Positions 1-13,522 of a stretch of 64,000 nucleotides of DNA are shown here, piece after piece (positions within the stretch are counted from its first letter, which is position 1; every line of letters starts with the position of its first letter). A program made the translations under genes and the position numbers. The notes below the pieces were generated by a model, which saw only the letters and a list, made by a program, of their open reading frames with translations, made no database searches and had not been told where the DNA came from. Source of the stretch: Paraspadella gotoi (taxonomy: Eukaryota > Animalia > Chaetognatha); the NCBI GenBank assembly GCA_051294375.1, contig CM119264.1:15969245-16033244 (forward strand), given 5' to 3'.

Positions 1-154
1 TTCTTTTCCCCCTTCTGTCTCTCTTTCTATCTTTCCCGCCCGATCTTTCTTTCTTTCCTGCCCGCGTTGTTGGCCCCGGACTTCGGTGAAACTTCACATG
101 ATTCACGAAGATCCGCGCGTGAGTTCCTGCTCTCCGAGGGGTTGCGTCGTCTGT

Positions 155-185
<31 letters not shown>

Positions 186-285
186 TAAAGATAGTAAAGA
201 ATGAACTCGAAATGAATCGACTTTTTATTTTCTTGTTTTTGTTTGATTTTTTGTTTTGGGGCCGAAGCGAGTTCGTGCGCGTGAG

Positions 286-341
<56 letters not shown>

Positions 342-817
342 AAGTAGAGAGAGAGAAAGGAAAGAGAGAGAGAGAGGAAGAGAGAGAGAGAGAGAAGAGA
401 GAGAGAAGAGAAGAGGAGGAATAAATGAAATAATATATAAATAGATTATAATACAATCATTTAGGAAACAAAATAAAAAAGGAAAAAAATAAAATAGCGT
501 TGTATTAATATAATTAAAGTTGAATTCTCTCTCCCTTCCTCTCCCCCTTCCTCTCCCCCCTTCCTTTTCCTTCCTCTCCCCCTTCCCTTCTTTTTCCCTT
601 CCTCTCCCCTTCCTCTTCCTCCCTTCCTTCTTTCCATTCTCTCCCCAAAGCAGCATCATTCAAAATTCCCGATAGCCCTGGAGTAAAGCTGACCGTCCAA
701 AGCCTGGAAGAGCTTGGCTCTTTGAACTCGGCTCCTTTAAGTCCTCCGCTACCCCCGCTCTCTGCTCCTATTAATCCACCTCGCCATTTTCATTTCTTAG
801 AAATGCGTCGAGAATAA

Positions 818-2330
818 AACAGTTTGAGGCAAACATGTCGGATCTGCCCACGATCATTATCGGTAATTAATTAATAATTAATTCAAGTTATTAATTATTT
901 AATTATTAATAATTAATTTATTCAGGTTAATATTAAATTAATTTGGCAATTATTAATTTGATCCGAATTGTTGTTTTTATTTATTAATTTACTGATTAAT
1001 TAATTATTGATTAATTAAGTTGAAACTAATTGATTAATTAACTGATTAATTATTATTTAATTAATGACATCCTGCATATTAACATGTTAATATAAAAGAA
1101 AAAAGGAACATAATCAATTAGTAATTAGTTTTAATCACAACTTTCCCACCCACATAACAAAATTTCAATTCATCGCCCCATCCACTAGGGGCGTTGAAAA
1201 TAACGAATATAAAAATCAAGTGAGTACATAGCTATTTTAGTGTAATAAAAGTCTGTGGAATTCATGAGATAACATTTTTTTGTATAGTCTCATCTTCTTG
1301 TCGGAAATGGCGATTTTTGCAGCATATAAGGTGCTATTAAAAGGAGCAAACATTGTAGAGTATAGAAACTCAAATTTATTAGATTTTATAAAAGCCATAT
1401 TTACTTACATTAATATGAAAATAAAGACCCATATAAATATTTTTTGGTAAGTTTATTTACAAATTTTTTATTTTATTAATATTTTGTTAGCTATATTTAT
1501 TATAAATAATAATAAAAAATAACTAAAGTGAAAAAAATAAAAATTTAAAATTTTAAAACAGATTTGAATTCCTTACAAAAAAGTGATATAAGAAAATATA
1601 ATCCATTTTAAAAATTCTTCATTAAGTAGGTTTAAAAATATTAACACTATTATTTTGTTAATTTTCAATTTTGGCTAAAATTATAGTTTTTCTGAATTTT
1701 GACCAACTTAATGACATAATTGATTTAAAAATATATTTTCTTATTCAACTTTTTGCAAAGAATGCAAATCCATGAAAATTTCTGAATTATTATTTTTTAA
1801 CTTAGCCCAATTGTTTTACTCATAATTATTAAATAAATATAGTTAACTACTTTTTATAAAACAAAAATTTAGAGAAAAATAAACTTACCAAAATATTTTT
1901 ATTATCTTTAATTTTTAATAATTTCAAAAGCTCATTATAAATTTTAATAAAATTTTAATAATTTGATTATCATAACTTATAAAATGGTTTTAATAATTTT
2001 ATATAACATTAAAACCTTATTTTGACAAGAAAAGATAAATTATATAAAAAATGGTCCATCACATCGAATTCTAACAGCTACATAAAACTAAAAAAGCTAT
2101 GTACTAACTTATTTGTTAATTTTGTTATTTTTCAACGGCTCTACCATCCACTCATGAGTAAATTGGTGTTCAAATAGTGAAATATAATTTTTTTGTTTTT
2201 CACATTTAAACTTCATTCCAACTGGACACGAATTCTCATCGAGAAACTTACATATATCCAGCTCAATCACACACTTCCCTACCGCACCACACAAATTTCA
2301 ATCCAATCTTATCCATCATATGCAAATGAC
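818..2330 (-). mobile_element. DINE-1/HINE-like Helentron derivative, family 1 (partial, interrupted by hAT MITE)
   Basis: Family-1 terminus AACAGTTTGAGGCAAACATGTCGGATCTGCCCACG at 818 and the core repeat CATCCACTCATGAG...CCAGCTCAATCACACACTTCCCTAC shared with many copies in the window. Confidence 0.7.
1186..2143. mobile_element. hAT-type non-autonomous element
   Basis: TIRs TAGGGGCGTTGAAAATAAC / GTTATTTTTCAACGGCTCTA; perfect 8-bp TSD CCATCCAC. Confidence 0.85.
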
Positions 2331-2399
2331 TCAAGAAATAAGTGAGTAAAAGCCCGAAAAGATTTTTTCGCTCGTTACGAAATTTCTGGGCCTCGTAAA

Positions 2400-2797
2400 T
2401 TTCGAAAAACTAGCTCCCACTCCCTCTCTCTTTTATATCTCTGTCTCAACTTTCTTCTTGCTCTCTCTCCTCCTCTCTCTCTCTCTCCTCATCTCCTCTC
2501 TCTATCTCTCGTCTCTCTCCTCTCCCATCTCTCTGCCTCTTCACTTCTTCCACCTAACCTCCTTCCCATCCTCACTCTTTCGCCCTCTTCCTTCGTGCTC
2601 TACTCTCTGTCTCCCTCCTCCCCTCTCCGCTCCTCCTCTCCTCACTCTCACTCCTTCTCTCTCTCACCAAATTCTCACGTGAAATTTTTTAGGGAGACGA
2701 GATCTTCGGCGATTAACTTGCGGATGCGACTATTAAGTCCTCTTCTCTCTCTCTCTCCTCTCCTCTCTCTCTCTCTCTTCTCTCCTCTCTCCTCTCT

Positions 2798-2828
<31 letters not shown>

Positions 2829-2901
2829 CAAATTCTCCGTGAAATTTAGGAGACGAGATCTTCGGCGATTAAACTGCGGATGGGCGAGCTATTAAGGCCT
2901 C

Positions 2902-2934
<33 letters not shown>

Positions 2935-2985
2935 TTCTCTTGCTCTCGTCTCTCTCTCTCTCTCTCTCCTCTCTCTCTTTCCTAT
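2400..2985. repeat. (CT)n microsatellite with a tandemly duplicated ~160-bp unit
   Basis: AAATTCTC..GTGAAATTT..GGAGACGAGATCTTCGGCGATTAA occurs at ~2670 and ~2830 between CT runs. Confidence 0.8.
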
Positions 2986-3672
2986 TAACCCGGTGAGATA
3001 CGCGATATAAATCTAAGAGGACCTAACGGTTTACATCACAAGAAAATTTTCTTTTGTAGCGATTTGCCGATTTTATTGTAATATAATCCACGAAGGAAGT
3101 TCATCTACCTGGCCATTTCTGCGATGATTACTAAATTATCATTATTATCACCATATACAACGAATGCAGAAAAAGTAGGAAAAGAGCTATATAATTTCCG
3201 TCTTTAAAGTTTTCATCTACAAAGATTGAAATGTAATAAACGAACATTCATCAACTATTTACATCATCTGGTAGTTCATTGCTTTTATATAATCATCACC
3301 CATGTTTTTTATCTGCTGGTTCTTATCACTGGGAAAAATTTTGATAATTACAATTACAGGAGCAATTAAAATCTCTCAAAGTTTCCTATTCATAAGGGAT
3401 CAAAATATGCCATGGATGCTGTCCAGGAATGATCCCCACCTACAGAATACGTCAAACACGTACACGTACACGTACCGTACAAAATACGTCAAACATACAA
3501 AACATTCGGTATAATAATAAGAATTATACAAACTAACCTCTTTATTTGATAGTATTATCAATAACATTGCCGATAATATTGTATCACCAAAAAAACGCTT
3601 GTTGGGTGGGATCAGGGTTTTCCAACAAAATGTCTGCTTGATTGTGAGTTAGAAAGAGCTCATGCCTATTAA

Positions 3673-4264
3673 GCCGTAGTGAAAGTGCATACAAATATTC
3701 TAAAAAGACAATTATGAACAACAAACCATCAGTAACATTAATGTAAAAAAAATTAAATTTTTTTTTGTTAATTTTAACTGTAGGCTATATTTATATATAA
3801 TACATCGCTTTTAAAAACGAAAATTTAAAATAGGCTTTCTTAAATTTGATTCAGATTTGAATTCCCTCGTCAATAAAGTTGAGCAAAAGGAAAATATAAT
3901 TAATTTATATATTTATTTTTATATTAATATATAAATAATTCTTTCATTAAGTGGTTTAATATTTAAAAAAACTATATTGATATATATAAAAGTTAATTTT
4001 CAGCTTAAAATATAGATTTTTTTAATTTTGACCCACCTTTAATGAATTATATTTTAAAAAGAGTTATATTCTTTTTATCAAACTTTTTAAATGATGAATC
4101 CAAATCTGCAAAAATCTTTCAAAAAAAACTGTTTGACTTTAACATTTATTGGTTTAGTAACTAGTATAATATTTATACATAAATGTTCATATAGTATAAT
4201 GTTTTTCGTTACTCACTTTTAGGATTTTAATTAAAGTTAAATTAGAAAATTTTACTGACGGACC
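3673..4264. mobile_element. TTAA-flanked TIR element (Kolobok-like), family 2
   Basis: ttaa|GCCGTAGTGAAA ... TTTACTGACGGACC|ttaa; inverted homologous copy at 44839-45421. Confidence 0.6.
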
Positions 4265-4692
4265 TTAATGCCCTCTATTTCCACTAGAAAATTCATTGAT
4301 CAGTTGTTCAGTACCATTTAATGAAATAACTCAAAAAACTATTAAATACTTACAAATGATAAAATAAGGTATTTTTTTAGGGCAGTTTAAAGTCCGTAGC
4401 CTGAAGCTCGCACTTAGTTTTTCCAATATATTATCAATATTATTATATATGATATCTATTGATATATTTTGATAATCTATTATAATATCAATATCTCTTT
4501 GACCAAAAATGCGAAAAAATTATGATTTTTTCGAACAAAGCGAAAAATCTTAAACCGCAAAAGTTCGATCTTTTTAAATCATAACGAAAAAGACCCATAG
4601 AAATATTTTTTTTTTATTTCGCCATTTGGATTTTAAATAAATTGATAAAAGCTTTAAAAGTGAGAAAGAGAGAGAGAGAGAGAGAAGAGCAG

Positions 4693-4751
<59 letters not shown>

Positions 4752-5504
4752 AAGGCGTCCAAAATCAAATTGTCAAGAGCGAAGTAAAAAAAAAAAATTC
4801 TTATCCGCGGATCAATTTTCGTTTGACTTTTGTTTGTTTTCGTTGTCTTTTGTTTGTTTTCGTTTGACGTTTGTTTGTTTTTCATTTGAGTTTTGTTGGG
4901 TTGACCTGAAACTAACAATCGATGTTTCTTTTCTCGTTGCTTGACAAATTAGGAAATCGTTTGGTTGTTGGGGTAAAAGTTGAATCGAGCGGCGGTCTTT
5001 ACCTTGTCCGGTCTACTGTCGGTCTTTACTTGCCGGTCTTTACTTGTCGGTCCTTATAAGTCGATGACCTCAAAAAATTAATCATTCTTTGTTGCTTTGT
5101 TTGTATTTTGTTATGTTATGTGTTTTGGGTTAATGTTGTTTATATTTTTTCTTTCCCTTTATTTGTTCATTCAAAAGTTTCAAAACCCATATCAAGACTG
5201 AATCATTTATAAATTTTAATTTCCATTTTACAATAATTCTAAACTGGGTTTTTTTAAAATTATTTTTAGTCATTTTTTCAAACCCTGAATTGCATTCACT
5301 GCTGGGAAGACCCTCCGCCACACCACCATAGTCGCACCGGGGACTAAGCAGAACGGCAAAGAACCATTTGCCAGTGCCACGTTCCCGTCTCTTCCCACCA
5401 AGGAGTCACTGAGCTCGTAGTGCGGGTGCCTCACCAGAAGATTTGCACCTCAGTGATTCGTGATTCGTTACGAGATTACTTGTGAAACCGCAAGGAGAAA
5501 AATC

Positions 5505-5940
5505 CCCATTTCATTCTTATTATTAAATCCTCCTTCAATTCATTCTTATTCATCTCATCCTCATCATTTTTAATTCTTTTTCATTTCATCCCTCAATTAA
5601 TTTTATTCATTTCATTTTTATTCATTTTTATCCTCATTCAAATTAATTCTTATTCATTTCATCCTCATTCATTTCATTCTTATTCACTTCAATTCTCATT
5701 CATTAATCTTCATTCATTAATTCTTATTGATTTCATCTCATATCCTTTAATTCTTAATTCATTTCATAATATCATTAATTCTAATTCATTCATTCTCATT
5801 CATTTCATTCTATTTCATTTCACCTCATTCAATAATTCTTATTCATTTTCATCCCTCATTCAATTAATTCTTAATTCATTTCTTCCTCATTAATTTCATC
5901 TTATTCATTTCATCCTTATTCATTTCATTCGATTCCATTT
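5505..5940. repeat. AT-rich minisatellite (~25-bp unit TCATTAATTCTTATTCATTTCATCC)
   Basis: Degenerate tandem array visible directly. Confidence 0.8.
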
Positions 5941-6484
5941 CGCTTCAATTTTTTGTCTTGAAATTTTTTTCCATTCGACTGATTTTTTACTTGAAAGGAA
6001 AATAAAAAAAAATCATATCTCTTTCTTATTTTTTTTTTCTCTTTTTTCTTTATTTCTTTTCTTTTTTTTTTTCTTTTTTTTCTTTTTTTCTCTTTTCTCT
6101 TTTTTTTTTTCTTTTTTCCTTTTTTCTCTTTTTTTTCTTTTTTTTTTTCCCTCCCTTTTTTCTTTTTCTCGATTCATCTTTTTTTTTGTTCCCATCATTT
6201 TCCCGTTCCATTTTCATTAGAGCCGAATGACGTTTCATCCTTCAATCGGCCGCCGGAACAAACTGACGCCGGGAAACAAGACTGACGTAACAGCCGGGAC
6301 AGACTGACCCGGGACAGATCGGACAGGCGTGACGAGATGACCGGATTCAACAACTTCCAGTTGTGATTTAACGAAACAATGTTGTTTTTTTAATTCGAGA
6401 AAAACAATGTTTATTTTAATTAGAAAACGTTTTTGTACACTTCTGATCCCGCGAGAGGGAAAATTAATCGGTCTTGATTCAAGT

Positions 6485-6682
6485 GTCTTTTTGTTTGTTC
6501 TTGTTTGTTGTTGTTATGTTGTTATTGTGTTGTTATTGTTGTGTGTTATTTTTGTTATTGTTGTTATTTGTTGTATTGTTGTTATTGTTGTTATTGTTGT
6601 TATTATGTTGTTATCGTTGTTATTATTGTTGTTATCCGTTGTTATTATTGTTGTTGTGTTTGTTGTTGTTATCCGTTGTTGT
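6485..6682. repeat. (GTT/ATT)n microsatellite
   Basis: Direct inspection. Confidence 0.9.
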
Positions 6683-8488
6683 GATTTTAGTCAGAGAGAA
6701 CAAGTTTGAGCCAACAATGTCGGATCTGCCTAACGATAATTAAGCGGTAATAAGCTAATTCTGATGATAAATACGATAATTCTTTCAATTTGTGATCTAC
6801 AGATTTGTACCATACCAAACCAATGGATCGCATATACCATGTGAACCGCTTGCATATTTTTCCAAACTTCTTTTTTTTCCAACCTGCAACATTTACAACA
6901 GGCATTATTTTTTTAATAACTTTTTTAACATTGCACCATTTTTCCACTTGCATAATTTTTTTTACTGAATCATTTTTTCATATTTAATAATAATCAATTA
7001 ATTAACTAATTAAAACATTTATGAGTAATTCCTAAATAATAAAATTGCCAAGTCAATTGAACTTTGTTTTTTTCCATTTAAAACTCATTTCCGCTTGGCC
7101 GAATTCCATCTAAAATTTATATTCTAGCTCATCACACACTTTCCTACCCACACTCACAAAATTTCTATTTTAACATCCTATATATTGAGTAATAGGGTTA
7201 AAATATAGTACAAAATAGTTCAAATAAATGAGACTTTCATAATTTTTTTCATTTAAACTAATTTTCATGCGCGTACGATTACACGACCTAAAAATGTTCG
7301 GTTTGACATTTTAGGTGTTAAGAATAATAAATAAAGATTAATAATGGAAATTAAATGTAATAAATGTTTTTGAATCCCTTTCATTTTATATCTTATTATT
7401 TTTAATTTTAATTTTTTTCTTTTTTTTTTCGCAATTTTTATATAAAGTTCTTCATTTATAAATATTTTTATTTTTTCTTTATCTACATAAATTTCTTTCT
7501 ATTTTCTCTTCTACTTTTTCCTTCTCTCCTTTTTGGTCTCATTTTCCCCTTTTCCCTTTTTCCCCTTTCATTTTGTTCTTCTCATTTTTTCACTTGTGAT
7601 GTTTTTTTCTCCTGTTTTTCGGTCAAAACTTGGTTTGTTTGTTCTTTTTGTTTTTTTTGTTATTTTTTTTCTTTAAAAAGTATAGTTATTTTGGTTTGTT
7701 TGTTGTATTTTGGTACGGGCGCGTCTTGGAAAAGCTACAGAAGTGGGAGGGGTCTGATAACTCTTGCGTCATGACTTAAAATGAGCTTAAAATGCCCGTA
7801 AAAGATGGAGCACAGTTAGGTTTGTTGCCCATAAGCTTTGGAGTACTTCTAAAAAAAATTTGGCAGAAGGCATCTTTTTTGAACGAATTTTAAATGTGTC
7901 TCATGCTTAAATTACAGCATAGATTGACTTTATTTTATACATATAAGACCCTTATGGATGCTCTATATGCTGATAAAAATATCAAAAAAATCCTTTGGAT
8001 AATAAAGTTTAATTTGGCATAAAGTAGTGAATTTTACAATTATCTCCTAATTGTTTTTATTCATTGATATTTTTAAAAACATTATACTACTAGATAGTAA
8101 CTTCATGAACATTTAAAAAAATCATGTTTAACGTTTTAATATAACTTGATGGTAAAAAACTAATTTTTAAATATTGATCTAAAAAAGTACTTTATTATAA
8201 ATAATAAATTAAATTATATTTTTATTGCATTATGTAGCCCCTGATTCTGATTCACGATATAATTTTATTTTTTCTAAAAATTAAGCCGTTTTCAATTAAT
8301 AAGCACCTAGAATCTTGGAAAAATGACGAAAAATGGTCGTTTTTAAAACCCTTATAAAAACTGACTTAATAATATTTGGTAAAAATCATTTGGGGAAATC
8401 AAAGATATGTGTCTGTACTTCCTTGTAGTGTTAAATAAAATGTTTCGAAATCATTCTAAACTGCAGCTGTGGCAGCAGTATTACAATG

Positions 8489-8513
8489 NNNNNNNNNNNN
8501 NNNNNNNNNNNNN
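8489..8513. other. Assembly gap (25 N)
   Basis: Run of N. Confidence 1.
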
Positions 8514-9069
8514 AATGAACGTTAGCGCATGCATTTTTATTTCAATTTCTGTCGATTTCTGAGGAAAAAACAAGTCCTGACGCTTTCCATTGGGTTAAAA
8601 GTATGCGGTTTTTTTTAAATTAATCAAGGTCAGTATGTACCTCATCATTTTAAAACTAAATAAATGAGTTGAAAATATTCTCTTTATCAAAAATATATGC
8701 AAGTCACACAAAAGTCACAAATTAAAAAGACGTCTTTAAAAATTATTTGTGGTCTAACCAAAGAAGTTTTTTTTGATAATTCTATAGGTGTTAAAAGCTT
8801 ATTTCAATAGCTATATTTTCTGTTAATTTAAACCAATTTGATTCATTTTTTTTTAACAAATTATGATAAAGGACTGAAACTGAAACTTTTTGACTTGTTA
8901 ACTTTTAAAATTAATTCATAGGCAAACTATAAATGATTTAAGCTAATAAATTTACCCAGGGGTAAAGAAGATAGAAAGAACGGGTTTCCAAAGTAAAAAA
9001 TTTTCTCAACTTTCCTTGGCATTCAAATCAGAAGTCGTAAGTAAAAATGGACAAAAAATGGACATAATT

Positions 9070-9535
9070 TTTTAGTCGGATCTGCTTATCAGCAGGACCG
9101 ACTCTATAACCTCACTTTGTCGGTCCGTCGGTCGCCCCTCAATATTGTCGGGCACACACTTATATCATGTCAGGACATCGAATTATGATAAATTATGCAA
9201 AAAAATTGATGTCCGTCTGCCTGTCTGTCTGTCCGTCCACCTAGCAAAAACTCAATTACTCGTGATTGGTAGAGATGAAGATAATGTGTGTAGGAAACTG
9301 TGTGATTGAGATGGATATGAAGTTCTGCGAGGGAATCGTGCCGAGTGGAAAGGGTTTAAATGGAAAAAAACAAAAAAAGATATTTCACTATTTGAACGCC
9401 TATTGCTCATGAGTGGATTAGGGCAATTGACTTGAAATTTTGTATGTGGGTAGTAAAGTGTGTGATTGTGCTGGATATAAAGTTTTCGATGGAAATCGTT
9501 GAGTGGAAATGATTAAAAGAAAAACAATAAGTATA
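9070..9535 (+). mobile_element. HINE family 1, 5' portion
   Basis: TTTTAGTCGGATCTGCTTATCAGCAG..CCGACT stem-loop, (GTCY)n microsatellite and duplicated core. Confidence 0.75.
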
Positions 9536-10723
9536 TTACGAAGTATTTACTTAAACTTCTATTCATAATTATTATGTTATAAAAATTGGAGCCAATCAAA
9601 ACGTTGAATTGGAATTTTCTCTCTTATAATGCTTATTAAAGAATTTCTTTGATTTGTTTCAATGTAAACATAGTGAGAGGAAATAGGAAGGGAAAACAAG
9701 AAAAGGAGAAGTGGAGAGAATGAAAGAGAGGGTGAAAGGCAAAAAAACGAAGGCAAATTTGGAAAAAATAGTGAAACAATTGTAAGGTGAGAAAAGAAAG
9801 TAAAATGGAAAGAAAAAGAGGGGAAAAGAAAGGGAAAGAATGAAGATGAGAAAAAAAGGTGAGGAAAGTGCATGAGAGGCAGAAAAAGGTGGGGGCCGAA
9901 AAAATAGTAAGTGACAGCGTGAGAAGTAAGGGAGGAAAGAGGAAGAGGAAAATATTAAGAAAGAGAAGAAAAGAGGTGAAGAAAAATAATCAGGAAAAGC
10001 GTATGAAGGAAAAAAAAATGTAACAGATAATGTGGCGTCTTACCTAAATCTTTTGTATAAGTAATAGACATGAAGATTCTTATAAGGAATTCGATCTTTA
10101 AAAATTATCTGTACCATAAAAATTCAAGCATACTTATATCTAAAATTACGCAGTTAATGAGATTAGATAAACAATCATTGAAGAAATCATGTCTTACGAT
10201 ATTTTTAACTCATAGAAATTTACTTGGGAAGTTCTAAACTTGAGACAACCGGTTTGTTTTTAAATGAGGTGAGGTTCGTACTAAACCATGAGTATCAAGA
10301 AAGATGGTAATTAGTGAAGTTCAGATTTCGTTGTCTAAAAAACTGATTGTATGCTAAACCTTAACAAATTCATTAAATTTTTTGTTAATATAAAATTTTT
10401 TTCTAAATCTAAAAATGTAATAAAAAAGTTTAACACAATGTTTTATATATAGACTTTCGATTTCGTTGTTTTAGCATTTAGGAAAAGGAGAAGGAGAAGT
10501 AAGATTGTGAAAATGAAAAGAGAGAGAGAGAGAGACAATTAATTTCATTTGTCTCTCTCTCTCTCTCTCTCTTTTCATTTTCACAATCTTACTTCTCCTT
10601 CCCCTGTCCTTACCTTGAACTGTCCTCACATCTGACCACTATCTCTCACTCAATTCTTTGTTGGAATCTCTCTCTCTCTCTCACTAAACTCAACTTTCAC
10701 AGAGAAAATTGTTGTAAAATCAC

Positions 10724-10766
10724 TTGCAGATGAAGACTAACTTTGTAAGAGTCGAAACATGTCCGA
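10724..10766 (+). ncRNA. Degenerate minimal hammerhead ribozyme in a Penelope pLTR fragment
   Basis: TTG-CAGATGA-A-GACT..AGTC-GAAAC-AT-GTC-CGA; the CUGA box is mutated to CAGA. Confidence 0.65.
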
Positions 10767-11281
10767 CTTACCTGTCAAAAAAATTCGTTGCCACATTAAA
10801 ACTGTTTTTCCTAAACACAATGTTTATAATTTAAACTTGTTAATAATTTGCCAATCAAGTAAATTAATTAACAATTAACAATATTATTATATGGTAAAAT
10901 AGTATCTAAATGAATTTATGAATTAACATATTTTTTTATAGTAATATCCGAATATTATTTAAATAATTTTATCTTGTAACAATTACATTTTGTGATCAAA
11001 AATTAAAATTAATTGCTTTGGATCATAGAAGTTTTTGGGGTTTTCAGTTTTAAAAAACATTATTAAATTAATTGATTAACTTAAAGCTGAGGTAAGTCGC
11101 CTCAAAGCATTTAAAGATATCAAATATTTTCATTACCATGATTAAAATAAGTTATCTTTAAAAAAATAGTAAATTATAATTTATAAATGACATATTGGTA
11201 ATAACCTTTCTTTTCGTTGTTCTATGTATTGAGGCAAAATAATTTTTGTTTTACAACGAATTTTTTTATTTTCATAGAAAA

Positions 11282-11325
11282 AACGGACAATGTTTCGGCT
11301 TTAGTTGCAAGCCTTCTTCAGCGTT
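11282..11325 (-). ncRNA. Minimal hammerhead ribozyme (inverted copy, 1-nt insertion in stem III)
   Basis: AACG-CTGAAGA-A-GGCTT..AAGCC-GAAAC-ATT-GTC-CGTT on the minus strand. Confidence 0.75.
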
Positions 11326-11670
11326 AAACAATTTGTGAATTTTGGACAGTTTTTTGTGTGAAAGAAGGGGGGGGGAGAGAGAGAGAGAGAGAGAGAGAGA
11401 GGACAGTTTAAAAACTTTATTTGTTGTACATTTGAAATGTATTATTTTTCTCTCTCCCTGTCTCCCTCTCTCTCTCTCTCTCTCAATCTCTCTCACTCTG
11501 ACCATTTCATTTCCTATTCACAACTAAAATCTCTATTTGTCCTCATTCTTAACCTGTCCCTCACCACTTGACCACTATTCTTTCTCAACTCTGTGTTGGA
11601 AACTTTGCCCTGTCTCTCTCTCTCTCTCCCTTCTTTCACACAAAAAACTGTCCAAAATTCACAAATTGTT

Positions 11671-11713
11671 AACGCTGAAGAAGGCTTGCAACTAAAGCCG
11701 AAACATGTCCGTT
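11671..11713 (+). ncRNA. Minimal type I hammerhead ribozyme
   Basis: Stem I AACG/CGTT, core CTGAAGA, stem II GGCTT/AAGCC, GAAA, palindromic stem III ACATGT, predicted cleavage after GTC (11709). Confidence 0.9.
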
Positions 11714-11841
11714 TTTTCTATGAAAATAAAAAAATTCGTTTGTAAAACAAAAAACATTTTGCCTCAATTTTAAATGTTAAAAAAATATTTGAGATTAAAG
11801 ACGAAATCTTTTACATCAACGATTTTTTATTTTTTAAAGGT

Positions 11842-11881
11842 GCATACAAGTTTCGGCTTTCATTCAAGCCTTCATCAGTGC
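11842..11881 (-). ncRNA. Minimal type I hammerhead ribozyme
   Basis: GCA-CTGATGA-A-GGCTT gaatga AAGCC-GAAAC-TT-GTA-TGC; lies in a minus-strand PLE tail (~11790-12280). Confidence 0.85.
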
Positions 11882-12386
11882 TTTGACAATTCACAATTTG
11901 ATCTTTTTTAAATTGACTTTGAGAGAGAGAGAGATAGAAGAAATGGCCAACAAAGATGTGAGACAGGACAGTGGTGAAATGTGAGGACAGGTTTAAGAAG
12001 AGAGAGAGAGAGAGAGAATGTGAGGGAAAAGAAATTAAATTTTGTGAGTGAGAGAGAGAGTATGAAATACATTAGATAATGTACAACAATAATAAATTTA
12101 TTAAATAAGTAACAGACTTAAACAAATTAAATGATTTAAATTAATTCAGATTAAATAAAGTGAATAAAGAAATGAAATTTAGATGAAATGGAAATAAGGA
12201 TGTTGAGGGATAGGTAAGTGAAAGAGTAAGTGAAAATTAAGAAAAAGAAAAGCTCAAAAGGAGCTGGCCCCCCCCCGGCGATGTAAAAGATTTCGTCTTT
12301 AATCTCAAATAACTCAAACACAACGAAAGAAAGTTTAATCACAAAAAAATATTTAAATATTTTAGTCTTCAACACCCTTGGCTTAA

Positions 12387-13199
12387 GAAAAAGGGTCATT
12401 CAATTCAACTTCAAAATAGGCTAAATGGAGTACAAATTCAGAAAGCTGAGCTCCTGGCGATTCCGAAAATGTATTCACTTTAAGCATTTGATGCATTCTA
12501 CCCCATTTTATATCGGTTTTAATTATAATATAAAATAAAGAAACCTATCTGAAGAGTTGCAGGTCAACGAAAAGCTAATCCATCTGATATTTTTTTATGA
12601 ATTCTTTATTACTGAATTAGAAAAATGTAATAGAGAGACATTTTTAAATTTCAACTTGTATCCTTGAAAATGAAACGTTTTTAAACTTTAACCCTGAATT
12701 CTTTCTAACTGGAACGCGTTTATCAAAATGTCTCTCTATTACATTTTTACAAATGTTTTTAAGATTGCTAATCAAATTTTAATTCAATATTATTGCAGTC
12801 GTTTAGGCTGCAACTCTTCAAATTCAGTGTAGATTCATTGTAGCTCGAATTTCTTTACCATCTATTTAACTGAAGATTTTGTTCATGACTGGAAAACCAA
12901 CAGAGTAACGAGATTAATTGTTTAATTCTCCCCTTCTAAACTATCCCATACCGTGTTTAACTTCTTCACCTAGAATTTTTTAACAACCAGATTGAAAAAC
13001 AAATCTTTAAAATGTGCTTACCCATTTAACTTAACAATTTTGTTATTTACCCATTTAAAAAAAATGATTGAAAACAGAATGAACACAAATAAATAATAAC
13101 TTATTTTTTTGTGATTACTGATGACTATAATGTATTTCTCGATATATTAGCTCTAACACATCAATGATTACGTATTGTTAAGCTGAATGACCTTTCCTC
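12387..13199. mobile_element. Kolobok-like non-autonomous element, family 1
   Basis: ttaa|GAAAAAGGGTCATTCA ... TGAATGACCTTTCCTC|ttaa; an empty site with a single TTAA is seen in the related repeat at ~25100. Confidence 0.8.
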
Positions 13200-13522
13200 T
13201 TAAGCTAAAAACTAATATTTTTTTAATGAATGTTTTAAAAACAGTTAAATAGGATAAATTAAAATCATTATCAGAAGTAATTAACTTGATTAAAGATTAT
13301 TATATTAAAAAAAATTAACTGGAAAAAGCTAATAAATACTATAAATGGTGAATTTCCATATTTTGACTCAACACCCCTGGCTCGGGCGAAAAAGTATTTT
13401 TTTTAAAATAAAACTCTTTTAGTTAAAAAGAGCTTGGAAAAACGAACAGAATGACACCCAGACTGGTTAACTAATTAAAACTTAGTCGGATTTAAATTTC
13501 TGAGAGCTCTAATACGTATATA

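Larger units (their letters stand above)
11228..11768. mobile_element. Penelope-like pLTR with inverted partial copy
   Basis: 11228-11400 is the reverse complement of ~11615-11768; sequence resembles the 3' tail of the PLE at 34930-35250; a hammerhead lies in each arm. Confidence 0.8.

Noticed and set aside
86-6743. Many short ORFs rich in RE, SL, K or V/L
   Set aside because: Translations of GA/CT, poly-T and GTT microsatellites
10200-10335. Candidate downstream exon of the receptor-like gene
   Set aside because: Stop codons in all three frames after the acceptor-like site
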